From assembly GCA_963769885.1 (NCBI GenBank), contig CAVYNH010000007.1:448001-512000 (forward strand): DNA of 64,000 nt, in the 5' to 3' direction. The notes beneath the pieces are model-generated. The model was not told the DNA's origin. It did no database searches and saw only the letters and a program-made list of their open reading frames with translations. How positions within the stretch are numbered: position 1 is the stretch's first letter; each line of letters opens with the position of its first letter. This document shows, piece by piece, positions 19,152-31,135 of this stretch. Source of the stretch: Methanobacteriota archaeon. Lineage in GTDB: Archaea > Thermoplasmatota > E2 > DHVEG-1. The position numbers were made by a program, and so were the translations under genes.

Positions 19152-20924
19152 TTAGAGTTTGTAGTAGTACTCGCCGCTTTCTTTCTGCTGGCGTTCGAGG
19201 TAGGAGTCCGGTTTGTTGACGCGAGGCCGCTGGGTGTCTTCGTCGCGGCGGAAGGTGACGTCGACGTTGCGGAGGAACCGGTTCATGCCTTCGTGGAGGC
19301 TGTAGGGGCCGGTGGCGACGCCGCGTACTCCTGAGGTGCCGTCGAAGACGATGAGGCCGTCGCTGACCATGTCGATGAAGTAGACGTCGTGGTCGACGAC
19401 GAGGGCGGATTTGCCTGATTTTTCGACGATGCGGCGGATCATCCTTGAGACGACCATGCGTTGTTCGCTGTCCAGGTACGCAGAAGGCTCGTCGAAGAGG
19501 TAAATGTCGGCCTCGCGCATGATCGCGGAGGCGATGGCGACGCGCTGCAGCTCGCCGCCGGAGAGCGTGTCCAGGGAGCAGTCCAGCAGGGTTTTGAGAT
19601 GGAGGGGCTCGAAGACCTCCGCCTGATACAGTGAAGCGGAGAACAGCTGGGGGGCTGTGGTTTCGTACAGTTCGCGGACGGTGCCTTGGTAGTCGGGGGA
19701 GATGTATTGGGGTTTGTAGCTGATCTTGAGGTCGTATTCTATCTCGCCGGTGGTTGGTTTCTGGACGCCGGCGAGCATCCTGACGAAGGTGGTTTTGCCG
19801 ATGGCGTTGGGGCCGACGACGCCGATGATCTCTCCCTCGCGGATGATGCCAGGTTCGACTTCGAGGCTGAAGTCGTCGAAGTCTTTGGTGAGCCGGCCGT
19901 AGGAGACGTAGACGCGGAGGTCCTGGCGTTGTTTGGGGGGATGGGCGACGAACTCGATTTTTTCGCCGAACTTGAGGTTCTCTTCTTTAAGGTAGCCGGA
20001 GAGGTAGGTGTTGATGGCGTGGCGGACGGCTCTGGGAAAAGTGGTGACGCCGTAGGCGCCCTCGGTGCCGTACATGATGTGGGCGTTGTCGCACATGAAG
20101 TCGAGGATGGCGAGGTCGTGTTCGACGACGATGACCTTCTTGGTTTTAGAGAGGGCTTGGATGATGCGAGCGACCTTGAGGCGCTGGTAAATGTCGAGGT
20201 AGCTGGTCGGTTCGTCGAAGAAGTAGAAGTCGACGTCTTTGATGAGGGCGGCGGCGATGGCGGTCAGTTGGAGTTCGCCGCCGGAGAGGGTGCCTCGGCT
20301 GATGTCCTTGCTGAGGAGGTTGTGGATCCCGAGTGTATTGACGATATCGTTGTAGGCTTTGGTGGTCCCATTTTTTTGGAGGACGTCGGCGACGGTGCCG
20401 GTGAGAATCTTGGGGAGTTGGTCGACGTATTGTGGTTTGAAGACGGCGGTGAGGGTACCTCCAGAGAGGCCCTTGAAGTGGTCGTAGAGTTCGGTGCCGC
20501 TGTAGGCGTCGAGGACGGGGGTCCAGCTTGGCTTGGTGGTGTAGTCGCCGAGGTTGGGGATGATCTGGCCGGCGAGGATCTTGATGGCGGTGGTCTTGCC
20601 GATGCCGTTTTGGCCCAGGACGCCGAGGCAGGTGCCGGCTTGGGGGATGGGGAGGCGGTAGAGGCGGAAGCCGTTTCTGCCGAATTGGTGGACAAGGTCT
20701 TCGGCGAGTTCTTCGGCGAGGCCGATGATCTTGATGGCTTCGAAGGGGCATTTGTGGACGCAGATGCCGCAGCCGGCGCAGAGGTCTTCAGAGATGACGG
20801 GTCTGCCGTCTTCGCCTTTGGTGACGGTTTCGTCGCCAGCGCGTACTCTAGGGCAGAACTTGATGCACTCGTAAGCACAGTTCTTGGGTTTGCATCGGTC
20901 TTTGATAAGGACGGCGATCCGCAT
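19152..20924 (-). CDS. rli: Ribosome recycling ATPase ABCE1/Rli
   Basis: N-terminal Cys-rich 4Fe-4S domain and two ABC domains (GQNGIGKT, GPNAIGKT, LSGGELQ). Confidence 0.97.
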   Translation of the reverse strand: MRIAVLIKDRCKPKNCAYECIKFCPRVRAGDETVTKGEDGRPVISEDLCAGCGICVHKCPFEAIKIIGLAEELAEDLVHQFGRNGFRLYRLPIPQAGTCLGVLGQNGIGKTTAIKILAGQIIPNLGDYTTKPSWTPVLDAYSGTELYDHFKGLSGGTLTAVFKPQYVDQLPKILTGTVADVLQKNGTTKAYNDIVNTLGIHNLLSKDISRGTLSGGELQLTAIAAALIKDVDFYFFDEPTSYLDIYQRLKVARIIQALSKTKKVIVVEHDLAILDFMCDNAHIMYGTEGAYGVTTFPRAVRHAINTYLSGYLKEENLKFGEKIEFVAHPPKQRQDLRVYVSYGRLTKDFDDFSLEVEPGIIREGEIIGVVGPNAIGKTTFVRMLAGVQKPTTGEIEYDLKISYKPQYISPDYQGTVRELYETTAPQLFSASLYQAEVFEPLHLKTLLDCSLDTLSGGELQRVAIASAIMREADIYLFDEPSAYLDSEQRMVVSRMIRRIVEKSGKSALVVDHDVYFIDMVSDGLIVFDGTSGVRGVATGPYSLHEGMNRFLRNVDVTFRRDEDTQRPRVNKPDSYLERQQKESGEYYYKL

Positions 20925-20984
20925 AGGGGTTGTCTCATCCTGAAGAAATCAGCGCTTCATAATGTTTATTGTCCAGGGATGTTG

Positions 20985-21941
20985 TTAGGAGGGTTTGGTA
21001 GCGGTGATGACGTAGTAGCCGTAGCGGGCGTTGTAGTTGTAGAGGAGTTGGAGGAAGGCTCTGGGGAGGAGGATGGCTTTGGTCATGGAACGCTGAAGTC
21101 TGGTGGATCGTGTGTTGGGTGCCGAGGCTTTTTGTTGGTCGGCGAAGAGGAGGCCGAAGCGGAGGACTTGGAGGCGGCTGACGGTGCGGTTTTTGAAAAG
21201 ATTGTCGACGGTGTGGATGGTGAATCCTGCGTCGCGGAGGTGTGTCAGGAGTTGGGTGAGGGTGGTGGTGTTGCGTTGGAGGAGGGAGGGGGCGGGGGCT
21301 TGGCGTGGGATGCGCTTGGTGGGGAGGAGGTCGAGGATGAGCAAGGTCCCATGTGGTTTGAGGAGGCGATGCATTTCGTTGGCGAAGGCGCGTTTGTCTT
21401 CGGCGTGGTTGGCGGATTCGAGGGCGTAGGCGGCGTGGAAGGAGGCGTCTGGGAAGGTGGTCTTGAGGAAGGAGCCTTGGAGGAATCGGACGTTTTCTTG
21501 GTTGGCGGTGGTTTGGTGGTGTCGTGCGATGTGGACCTCGTTTGGGGCGAGGGTGAGGCCGATGAATGAGCAGGTGGGGTGTTGGCTGGCGAGGTAGAGG
21601 GTGGTGGTGCCGATGCCGCAGCCGGCGTCGAGGACGAGGGACTTGGGGGCGAGGTTGAGTCGGCGGTCGATGTAGGCGTCCATGCGGTGGTGCGGTGGGG
21701 CGGGGGTGGTGTCGTGGTAGTCGAAGTGCCAGCCGTTGTCTCGTTGCGCCCGGCGGAGGGAGCTCTGGGGGTTGGTCCAGAGGGAGTCGTAGTAGTCAGC
21801 GAGGGTGGTTTCGTAGTCGCTGAGTCGTTTGGCGTCCTGAGGTGTGGGTGTGGTGGTGGGTCCCATGCCGGTGGGTACGAACGGGGGTAGGTGTTTTAAT
21901 TGTTCTGGTGGTGATTCGATGGGGTTTTTCCGTGGTATCAA
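20985..21941 (-). CDS. Class I SAM-dependent methyltransferase
   Basis: VLDAGCGIG, FPDASF and RLLKPHG. Confidence 0.85.
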   Translation of the reverse strand: MIPRKNPIESPPEQLKHLPPFVPTGMGPTTTPTPQDAKRLSDYETTLADYYDSLWTNPQSSLRRAQRDNGWHFDYHDTTPAPPHHRMDAYIDRRLNLAPKSLVLDAGCGIGTTTLYLASQHPTCSFIGLTLAPNEVHIARHHQTTANQENVRFLQGSFLKTTFPDASFHAAYALESANHAEDKRAFANEMHRLLKPHGTLLILDLLPTKRIPRQAPAPSLLQRNTTTLTQLLTHLRDAGFTIHTVDNLFKNRTVSRLQVLRFGLLFADQQKASAPNTRSTRLQRSMTKAILLPRAFLQLLYNYNARYGYYVITATKPS

Positions 21942-22143
21942 TGATGGTGTGTTCGCATGCCCGGAGGGCAGTCGTGGTTTTAAGAGTGATGAGGAGTTGC
22001 GTCGGCATCGGTAAGGGTATCAGGAGGAGGATTGGCTACCCCTCCTGGAGATAGGTCATTGGTAAGGTTTCATCCCGGGCCGGTGCGGTAGGCTTATGAG
22101 GGGTGTGCCTGATGAGGGGGGAAATCTTCGAGTCGTGGTTGTG

Positions 22144-22752
22144 ATGAATCAGATGAGTGAGGCGAAGAAGCCGGTGTCGGTGGTGGCTGAGCCGGCGCCG
22201 TTGGGGTTGATTGGGTTGGCGGTCGCGGCGCTGGTGTTGGCGTCGACGGATCTGCGTCTGGCGTCGGCGGCGGCGAAGTCGTTGATGATCCCGTGGGCGA
22301 TGTTCATGGGGGCGAGCGCGCAGTTGATCGCGGGGTTGATGGAGTTCCGGCGCAACAACGTGTTTGGGGCGACGACGTTTACCACGTATAGTTTCCTGTG
22401 GTTTTCGGTGGCGATTACGTTGGTGATTACGGTGTTTACGCATGTGACGTTCGATCTGACGCATTATGCGTATGGGTTGTTGGGGTTCTTTGTGTTCAGC
22501 GTGATTCTGACGGTGGCGTCGTTGATGACGAATGTGACGTTTGTGTTGATTTTGGTGGGTATCGACGGGGCGTTGGGGAGTCTGGTGGCGAACCTACTGG
22601 TGAAGTCCCCGTCGGAGGTTGTAGGCGGGTTCTTGGTGTTGGTGTCGGTGCTGTCGTTTTATGGGGCGGCCGCGATCCTGCTGAATAGTATGACGGGCCG
22701 TGTGGTGCTACCGGTGGGGCGTGCGTTGTGGCGTCCGCGGGGCGGCGGGTAG
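22144..22752 (+). CDS. SatP/GPR1/FUN34/YaaH acetate uptake family
   Basis: EPAPLGL, AQLIAG..EF..NNVFGATTF and six TM segments; start uncertain. Confidence 0.85.
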   Translation: MNQMSEAKKPVSVVAEPAPLGLIGLAVAALVLASTDLRLASAAAKSLMIPWAMFMGASAQLIAGLMEFRRNNVFGATTFTTYSFLWFSVAITLVITVFTHVTFDLTHYAYGLLGFFVFSVILTVASLMTNVTFVLILVGIDGALGSLVANLLVKSPSEVVGGFLVLVSVLSFYGAAAILLNSMTGRVVLPVGRALWRPRGGG

Positions 22753-22975
22753 AGTATATTATTATGTACAAGATATTTTTTCTGGGCAAGAACGGGGATG
22801 CTTTTGGCTTTCGTTTTTTCTATTTTGTATTGGTATCAGGGTTTTTTTTCTTTCCTGCTGCGGGCAGGGGCGGCATCTTTCATCCAATCTGTTAAAATAA
22901 TATATTCTTTATTTCTATATATTTAACAAAGTACAAATGATACGACTTCATTTCGAACCCATAAGAAGGGGAAAA

Positions 22976-23090
22976 ATGAAGCACAACATCAGAATTGGAA
23001 GGCCAGTGAAAACCACGGTATTCTTGACACTGCTCATCGCGGCATCTATGCTACTATCTCGCTTCCCTGCTGTAATATCACAGAGCACGA
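22976..23090 (+). pseudogene. Leader/signal-peptide remnant of a cleaved-adhesin-like gene
   Basis: VKTTVFLTLLIAASMLLS matches VKTTAFLTLLVTASMLLS of the 31812 gene. It runs almost directly into the terminator. Confidence 0.7.
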
Positions 23091-23130
23091 TGTTTAAAAA
23101 AAAGATAGACTTCGCAGAATCGCGGCACTC

Positions 23131-23160
23131 TGGGAGGGCACCCTCCTCCCTTCTTTTTTT
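23131..23160 (+). terminator. GC stem plus T-tract terminator-like element
   Basis: GGGAGGGCACCCTCCTCCC-TTCTTTTTTT. Related elements occur at ~29930-29965, ~36416-36450 and ~44369-44408. Confidence 0.55.
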
Positions 23161-23240
23161 CCCTGCTCCCCCCTGGACCATACCGAAAGACAGAAATAGA
23201 CAAAGCAACCTTACCGTATATTATTAGAAGGCGTATATTA

Positions 23241-25895
23241 ATGAACCCAGTAAAATCCTCATTAGTGAATAGAAGGCTACTCACACGAGGTCTCGCGGTG
23301 GTACTATGCCTTATCATGTGTTTTACCGCCATTCCGATCCATCGAATCGCGAGCGCGGCTCCCACCTCTGCCTCGTCGCTCACCTATACCTTTTCCTATG
23401 CACAGCCGGCAGTATCCAACCAAATCCTCTCTTCTCGTTCCTTCACCAAGATCTCCATGCCGAACAGTCTGACCATGAGCAAGGAGGCCGGTCTTCCCGC
23501 ACTCCCAGTCTCATTCCTGAAGATCGCGCTCCCGGCCCAAACCACTGTTGACAAGATCTCCGTCGCGGGCGCCTCGCACGAGGTCCAGACCTCGATCAAC
23601 CTCAATGACCACCCCATCACGCCGTACCAACACCCGATTCCCTTCGGCGACCCGCTGCCGGCGGACATCAATTATAACCAGGGCGTGTACCAATCCACGA
23701 CTCCGTACCCGGCTTCCTGCTACGACGGGGCCTATGACATCGGCTACTGCCGCGGCTACGCCATCCTCTCCCTCGCCCTCATGCCCGTACAGTATGTCCC
23801 CGGCACCGGCAGGCTTCTGTTCACCCCGGATCTGACGGTCACGGTGAGCCTCAAGCCCGCTCCCCTGAACCCGCTGCTCCGCAACGATGCGGACGATGAG
23901 GCCTGGGTCCAGGCGCTGGTCTGCAACCCTGACGTCGTCACCAGCTACCGGAACCGTGGAGCCCCGCTGGGGTACCCCGGCGGCCTCTGCGACCCCGGTC
24001 AACAATATACATATGTTATTATTACAACAACACAGAATGGGCTGTCTGACTGGCAAACCGGCGGCTCACTCACCTACAATTTGACGAGCTTACTGCAGCA
24101 TCACAGCGCCACCGGCATGACCAGTGTAAAGGTCACCAAACAGACCATCGATGCCTGCCATGACTACTACAACACCACCTCGCTCTTCAACGACAGCCAG
24201 GCTCACATCCGCCAGTTCTGTAGAGACGCCTACCAGGATTGGGGGACGGAGTACGTCCTGATCATCGGTGATGCGGACACCATGCCCGCGCGCCTCATGA
24301 GCTCATCGGCGGAAAGCAACGTTGACGCCGATCTCTATTGGAGCAACCTGGATAACTCCTTCAACGCCGACCACGACAGCCAATGGGGCGAGGAAGGCGA
24401 CTCAGGCTTCGACCTCTACAGCGAGCTGTACGTCGGTCGGCTCACCGCCGATACCCCTCAGGATGTCTCGAACTGGATGACCAAGAGCTTCCGCTATGAT
24501 GCAGAGGGTAACCCTGACGTTCTTGATAACGCCTGCTTCTACGGCGGCGACACAACCTGGAACTGCCAGGGAGACGACTTCGAGGACTACAGCGGCGTCA
24601 AGGGAACCCACAACTACCTCGGGCCCAGCCCCGGCGCCTCAGGCCCATACCCGAGCTGGATGGGCTTCGAGTACGGCTTCGAGACCTGGAACCAGGTCTA
24701 CAGCGGCATCTCCTATAACATGAGCAACAAGTGGACCGAGGAGCCGCCGAACCCCGGTTGGCACGGCGGCGCAGGACAAGGCGTCCCCGGACTTCGCAAC
24801 GCCATCAATAACAACCAAGCCTCCGTCATTTCCGGCATCGCCCACGCCAACGAACACATGTCCCTTGATGTCACGGACACAACCTGGGAGACCCAGTACC
24901 ACAACACCCACCCGTTCGTCCTCCATGACTACGGCTGCCACTGCGGCGACTTCTCCGCCTCCGATGATGGAGTCCTCGACTCTATGCTCTTCCGGTCCAG
25001 CACCTACCTTGCCTTCGCGTGTTTCTTCAACACGGGGCTCGGCTGGGGGGCCTTCGACGATACCAACTCCTCCAGCGCGATCCAGCAGAAGATGTTCTGG
25101 GACTACTTCTTTGACATGGCCAACAATTCGGGGAGTGTCATGAATTGGCAGCTCGGGAAGGGCAATGCCTTCTCTAAGGATGAGATGGCCCCGACCATCA
25201 ATTGGGATGGGTCAAACCGGGAGACAATCCAGTGCCTCCTCCTCTTCGGAGACCCCGCGCAGTTGTTCAAACCCGCGCGGTCCAACGCCCCGCCCGCTGA
25301 TCCTGCGGCGCCGCAAGGGCCGACGAACGGTGTTGTGGCCTTCCAGTATGACTTCACCGCGACTACCACCGACCCCGACAACGACTCCATCTTCTATCTC
25401 TTCGACTGGGGCGATGGGACCAACAGCGGATGGGTCGGGTCGTTCGTTTCTGGTGAGACTGGTACCGCAAACCATGTCTGGACCGCGGGAGGCACCTACA
25501 GTGTGACCGTGAAGGCCAAGGATACGGTAGGGGCGATCACGAATGTCTCGCCGCCCGCCTCAATCACAATTGGCGCGCCGAACATGACGTGCAAGATTAG
25601 GGGCGGACTAGGCGCTAAGGTGATCCTCGAGAACTCCGGGGATGGCAATGCCACGCAGATTCACTGGAAGATTAGGATAAATGGTGGTATCGCCAGTGGG
25701 ATCCTTCGGGAGGTGGTTGGATCCATCACGGATCTGCCCGCGGGTGAGAAGACGACGATCAAGCCCTTTGGACACGAGATCGTCGGTTTTGGACGCATCA
25801 CCTTCGAGATGACTGCGACCGCGGCCTATACGAAGAATCTCGATATTACCAAGTTCGGGATGATCGTGGGACCCTTGATGGTGTTCCTCCCGTGA
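23241..25895 (+). CDS. Secreted C25 (gingipain-family) cysteine peptidase: propeptide, catalytic domain, PKD and C-terminal beta domain
   Basis: Propeptide, YVLIIGD, D.YWSNLD, ELYVGR, IAHA, GCHCGDF, LFGDP and FDWGDG (PKD). Confidence 0.85.
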   Translation: MNPVKSSLVNRRLLTRGLAVVLCLIMCFTAIPIHRIASAAPTSASSLTYTFSYAQPAVSNQILSSRSFTKISMPNSLTMSKEAGLPALPVSFLKIALPAQTTVDKISVAGASHEVQTSINLNDHPITPYQHPIPFGDPLPADINYNQGVYQSTTPYPASCYDGAYDIGYCRGYAILSLALMPVQYVPGTGRLLFTPDLTVTVSLKPAPLNPLLRNDADDEAWVQALVCNPDVVTSYRNRGAPLGYPGGLCDPGQQYTYVIITTTQNGLSDWQTGGSLTYNLTSLLQHHSATGMTSVKVTKQTIDACHDYYNTTSLFNDSQAHIRQFCRDAYQDWGTEYVLIIGDADTMPARLMSSSAESNVDADLYWSNLDNSFNADHDSQWGEEGDSGFDLYSELYVGRLTADTPQDVSNWMTKSFRYDAEGNPDVLDNACFYGGDTTWNCQGDDFEDYSGVKGTHNYLGPSPGASGPYPSWMGFEYGFETWNQVYSGISYNMSNKWTEEPPNPGWHGGAGQGVPGLRNAINNNQASVISGIAHANEHMSLDVTDTTWETQYHNTHPFVLHDYGCHCGDFSASDDGVLDSMLFRSSTYLAFACFFNTGLGWGAFDDTNSSSAIQQKMFWDYFFDMANNSGSVMNWQLGKGNAFSKDEMAPTINWDGSNRETIQCLLLFGDPAQLFKPARSNAPPADPAAPQGPTNGVVAFQYDFTATTTDPDNDSIFYLFDWGDGTNSGWVGSFVSGETGTANHVWTAGGTYSVTVKAKDTVGAITNVSPPASITIGAPNMTCKIRGGLGAKVILENSGDGNATQIHWKIRINGGIASGILREVVGSITDLPAGEKTTIKPFGHEIVGFGRITFEMTATAAYTKNLDITKFGMIVGPLMVFLP

Positions 25896-26455
25896 TGAGT
25901 CCGTAATGGGAAGGCTCTCTATAGGGAGCCGGCCCTTCTTCTTTTTTCCTTTTATCATTTTTTTTACCCGCGTCGTCTGCTGTGGTATTCTGAGATTACT
26001 TTCTTTTGGAAAAAGAAGCGGAGTCGACGGAAGGTGAGGTTGGTTCCTCCCAGTTCTTCACTGGATGCGCGTGTTCCGTACTGTTGTATTCCAAATCGCG
26101 ATCAGCGTGTTCGCATAGGTCTTCCCGATCTTTGGAATCCCAAAGGCGATGACCGATTATGGCTCTCACACAATATAGAGGTGCCCCCCATCAAGGCTTT
26201 GGTGAAGAAACTGCAGACAAAGGGGTAGGTGGATTGGGTTGGACAAATGATTGAACGGCTTCGCATGCATTTCTTCAACTAAGGGGAATAGCTTCAAACG
26301 GTTACATAGCAGTGCTGATGATGGCCGTTTGCGAATGCTTTTCAGGCGTTCATTGAGAAGTCGAGGGAAAAGGAGAAAAGAGTGGGGTGAGATGATGAAA
26401 TCAGAAAAAAAAGGAGAATGTTAATTCGTGATATTTTACTGTTCTCTTGTTGCAG

Positions 26456-26845
26456 GTGTGTTGGTCTCTCTGTGGATTTGTCTGTCTCCCCTTTTTTTAT
26501 CAAAAAGAGCCTTCAGAGGAGCGATAATACGTCTCGTAACAGATGTGTTTTTGGTGTTTCATCGACATTTTACAGTTTTTAATATATATGTATTTTAATA
26601 CATTCCTTATTTATATAATTCATTTGTAATTTTTTATTTTTATTCTGTTGATATAATTAAGTTTATAAGGATTGACATCATTCTAATACATTGGAGGAGG
26701 TATACTTGAAACAAGAAACAAAGCAAAGAACTCTATCTAAAAATAGGCTGGTTAAAACAACAGCGTTCTTGACACTGCTTGTCACGGTATCGATGCTGTT
26801 TTCTAGCGTCCCCGCCGCAGTGACACAGAACAAGGCGACACAAAA
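26456..26845 (+). repeat. Duplicated AT-rich promoter plus leader, copy 1
   Basis: Highly similar to ~31562-31950 (e.g. TTTTATCAAAAAGAGCCTTCAGAGGAG...GGAGGAGGTATACTTGAAACAAG). Confidence 0.9.
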
Positions 26846-29800
26846 TTTAACCGCGGGAGCAGCGCACGACTTCGCCGTGACCGCCATCACCTCACCCGTC
26901 AGCGGCACCGGCAGCGGTTCCATCATCCCCGCCGCCACGGTGCAGAACCTGGGCACGAACCAATGAGACCAATGTTCCCATCAACATGAAAATCGGCAAA
27001 TACGGCTCACCGACCACCCTCTGGAGCAACGGCTTCGAAGTCTGGTCTCAATGGACCGCCCAAATCGTTTCTGGGACCTATAACTGGGCGCAATCCAGCA
27101 GCGGAACCTCTCCGACCTGCACGCCGCACGGCGGCACCTACATGGCCTACTACAACTCGTATTCGGCCAGTTCGGGATACCAAGCCCGGCTCTACAGCGG
27201 CAACCTGAGCTACAATAATGCGAACATGAAACTGCGATTCTGGATGTTCCATGACACCGGCTACTTGACGAACGCAGAAACAATCGCCGTCCAGGTCTCC
27301 ACGAATGGAGTCAACTGGGTGACGCTCGCCACCTTCTACCGGTCCACCCAGCTGCAGGGACTACCGGCCGTCAACCAATGGGTCCAACACCAGGTCAGCC
27401 TCGGAGCCTATGGGACATCACCAACACTGCGCATCGGGTTCCTGGCGACAAGCCAATTCGGCGACAACATGTTCATTGACGACGCTAGCCTGATCGACCC
27501 CGGCCTCATTTATATATACAACCAGAACGTGACCGTCTCCCTCAACTCGGGGCAGACCACGACCGTCAACTTCCCGGCCTGGACAAACACCGACTGGCTC
27601 AACGCTACAACCCAGGGCACCAACATCGATTACGATTGCATTGCGACCAGCATGCTCGCCAACGACTCAGACCCCAGTAACAACGTCACCGTTAAAACCG
27701 TGACCCTGTACTACCCGTACCTGCATGACTTCGCCGTGACCGCCATCACCTCACCCGTCAGCGGCACCGGCAGCGGTTCCATCATCCCCGCCGCCACTGT
27801 GCAGAACCTGGGCCAGAATAATGAGACTAATGTTCCCGTCAACATGCGGATTAAAACCAACGGCACACTCTGGGCCAATGGCTTCGAAGTCTGGTCGACA
27901 TGGACCGCCGTCATCCTTTCTGGGTCTTATAACTGGATACAAGCCAGCAGCGGAACCTCTCCGACCTGCTCGCCGCATTCCGGCACCTACATGGCCGAAT
28001 ACCAATCGTACTCGGCCTCCACGGGTTCAGCCCGGGTCTACAGCGGCATCCTGAACTACAATAACGCGAATATGAATCTGATGTTCTGGATGTACCATGA
28101 CACCGGCTACTTGACAACCGCAGACACAGTCACTGTCCAGGTCTCCACAAATGGAGTCAACTGGGTAAACCTCACCACCTACTACCGGTCCACCCAGCTG
28201 CAGGGACTACCGGCCGTCAACGGTTGGTACCAACACTCGGTCAGCCTCGGATCCTACGGGGCATCACCAACACTGCGCATCGCGTTCCTGGCGACCAGTG
28301 CCTACGGCGACAACATGTTCATTGACGACGCTAGCTTGTTTGATTCAACCCTCGGTACTGTTGTATACAACCAAAACGTGAACGTCTCCCTCACCGCCGG
28401 ACAGACCATGAGCGTCAACTTCCCGGCCTGGACAAACACCGCCTGGAACAACGCTTCGATTCAGGGCGTCAACATCGTCTACGATTGCAAGGCGACCAGC
28501 ATGCTCACCGGCGACTTAGCCCCCAGCAACAACGTCACCGTTAAGACCGTGACCCTGAACTACCCGTTCCTGCACGACGTGACGGTCACCGCCATCACCA
28601 GCCCCGTGAGCGGCAACGCGCGACCCCTGCCCGTCTCCCTCACCATTCAGAACATCGGGCAGAACTCCGAGCGTGGATTCTTCATTAAAGCCCAGATCAA
28701 AACGTCCACCTTGGTCCTGGAGTTCGACGAGCTGGCTGCGGTGGCCACCTGGATGGCTCCGGGAGAGACCCGCACATTTAACTACGGGAACTGGACCCCA
28801 GCGGGCATCGCGGCAGGCATCTCCGGTGACATAGGCTACAGCGCCATCGGGACGACGCTGCTGGCCAACGACACCCACACCGCGAACGACCAGAGATACA
28901 GCAACTTCACGCTGCACTACTTCCACGACGTCAGCGTGAGCGCGATCACCTCCCCAAGCTTGAAAGCCCTAAGCTTGAAAGCCGTCCTCTACAAGGCAAT
29001 CGGGCCTCAGAGCATCGCGGCCACCGTTGTGGACCTCGGGACGTTCCCCGAGTCTGGCCTGAACAGGTACCTGCGGTCGTGACCAACTACACCGGTGTCT
29101 ACTACACGTACACAACCGACGGCATCAGCCTCACTCCACTGGGTGGAACACAGTCTGTTGCTCTGGGCACCTGTAACTTCAACGCGGAAGGCGCCTACAC
29201 CCTGAACGTGAGCATCGCGCTTGGCACCGACAACATCCTCACCAACAACTGGAAGCTCCTAAGCCTGGGCATCGACAACACACCGGCGGTCACAACCCTA
29301 GCGATGAACCCAGCCACACCTAACGGAGAGCACAACTGGTACATCACGAACCCCACGGTCACCCTCACCGCAAGCGACCCAATCCTCGGCGGTGGCGGCT
29401 CCACTCCGGGATCCGGCGTCGCCAGCATCAAGTACAAGATCGACTCCGGCTCTGAGATGACCTACACCAACACGCCGTTCACGGTCTCCGGTGACGGCAC
29501 ACACACGGTCACCTACTGGTCCATCGACAAGGTCGGCAACATCGAGATACAAAAGACCACGCTGCCCTTCAAGATCGACACAACCCCACCGCTCGTGAAC
29601 ATCACGAAGGAGAAGCATCTCAACTCGATGATCTTCACCGCCAACGCCACCGACGCAACCAGCGGCATAAACCGGGTCGAGTTCTACCTGCAAGGCGTCC
29701 TGGAGTTCACGGACACCGAGGCCCCTTACCAGTGGACCCTGAGCCCCGTGCCCAACGCGAACCTGACGGTCAAGGTCATCGCCTACGACAACGCCGGCTT

Positions 29801-29915
29801 CAGCGCTACGTCTTCGACGAGTTCGGTCGTCTCACAGCCAACCCGGCAGACCCAGCCCGCCCAGCAACAGACCCAGGGGACAGTCACGCAGCGACAAGCC
29901 AGTAGGGCGAACTAA
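26706..29915 (+). pseudogene. Secreted cleaved-adhesin/CARDB/Ig-like repeat protein with two frameshifts (~26961, ~29065)
   Basis: Three ORF pieces (26691-26966, 26986-29082, 29079-29915) join into a paralog of 31812-36398. An extra C at ~26961 is visible by comparison with the internal repeat. Confidence 0.8.
26865..28572 (+). repeat. Intragenic tandem duplication of ~850 bp (26865-27723 / 27724-28572)
   Basis: HDFAVTAITSPVSGTGSGSIIPAATVQNLG...VQVSTNGVNW...GDNMFIDDASL occurs twice. Confidence 0.9.
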
Positions 29916-30049
29916 GGAACCCCAACTTTGGGAGGAATCCATCCTCCCTCCCCCCTCTTTTTTTTCTTTCTTACATTTTCCCTGAACTATGCCGATAGTA
30001 AGAAACGGATAGCGCGAGCGTACCGTATGTCATTGGAAGGGCATATTTA

Positions 30050-31135
30050 GAAACACAGTAAAATCCTCTGTAGTCAGAGTAGAAGGCTACTCATCCGAGG
30101 TCTCGTGGTGGTACTTTGCTTTAATCATATGTATTACCTCGTTCCCATTGATCGAACTGCGAGCGCAGCTCCCACCTTTGCCTCGTTACTCACTGATACC
30201 TTTTCCTATGTCCGACCTGAACAGCCCAAGTGACTCCTTCTCTCCCGTTGTTTTATCAATATTTCCCTGGCTAGTTGCCTGACTATGAGCAAGGAGGACG
30301 GTCTCCTCGCACTCCCAGTCTCGTTCCTGAAGATCGCGCTCCCGGCCCAAACGACTGTTGACAAGATCACCGTCATGGGCGCCTCACACGAGATTCAGAC
30401 CTCAATTAACCTTAATGACCACCCATCACGCCGTACCAACAATCGATCCCCTTCGGCGACCCGCTGCCAGCCGACATCCACTATTACGAGCGTCTGTCCG
30501 AAACCACCAGCCCTGCCCGATATCCTGCCACGACAGGGGATTGTGACATCGGCTACCGCCGCGGCTGCGCCATTCTTTCCCAGGCGCCTGTATCCATCAA
30601 CTATATCGCAGGCACCATCAGGCTCCCATACACCTGTGGGGATTGAATAGTCACGGTGTTCCTCACGCCTGTCCCTCTGAACCTGCTACTCCAGAACGAT
30701 GAAGAGGACGGGGTCTTGGGCCAAGGTGCTGGTCTGCAACCCTAACGTTGTCACCGGCTATCAGAGCCACAGAATCCGGTTTTGGTATCCCAGCCACATC
30801 TGTAACCACAAGCCGACAGTATCTATCTATTATTATTGTAACCGCATAAAATAACCTGTCGGACTGGTGAATGAGTATAAACACGCCATATAGCTGTCCG
30901 ATTCAATTTATCAATCAAATGACAGCAGGTTGTCATGGATAGAGCGGTGACTATGCAGGATATTGAGACGTTCACTAGCTTGTGAAACGTTTACCTGCTC
31001 CTCAGCGGTTTCCAATCTTGTGTGTGGGAATCCTATAGGGGAGTAGATAAGGCTCTCCCATTCGTCCACCGTGTTTTCTCGCTGCCACTGCGATGATTTG
31101 GACGCCTCCGATGACGGCGTGCTGGATTCCAATGC
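30050..31135 (+). pseudogene. Degraded copy of the C25 peptidase gene at 23241
   Basis: Matches the 23241 5' region (LPVSFLKIALPAQTTVDKI) with stops and frameshifts. A fragment at ~31080-31135 matches the CHCGDF...DDGVLDS coding DNA. Confidence 0.85.

Noticed and set aside
19686-21569. Long antisense or alternate-frame ORFs (also 41950-43386, 8103-9428, 50866-51969, 44394-45458)
   Set aside because: They are shadows of real genes; the extreme codon skew removes stop codons from other frames.
25900-26450. Short ORFs in unexplained intergenic stretches (also 31140-31560)
   Set aside because: No recognisable motifs or RBS; probably decayed sequence between duplicated units.
26964-26966. TGA readthrough or selenocysteine in the adhesin gene
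   Set aside because: Comparison with the internal repeat shows a 1-bp insertion, and the downstream ORF is in a different frame.
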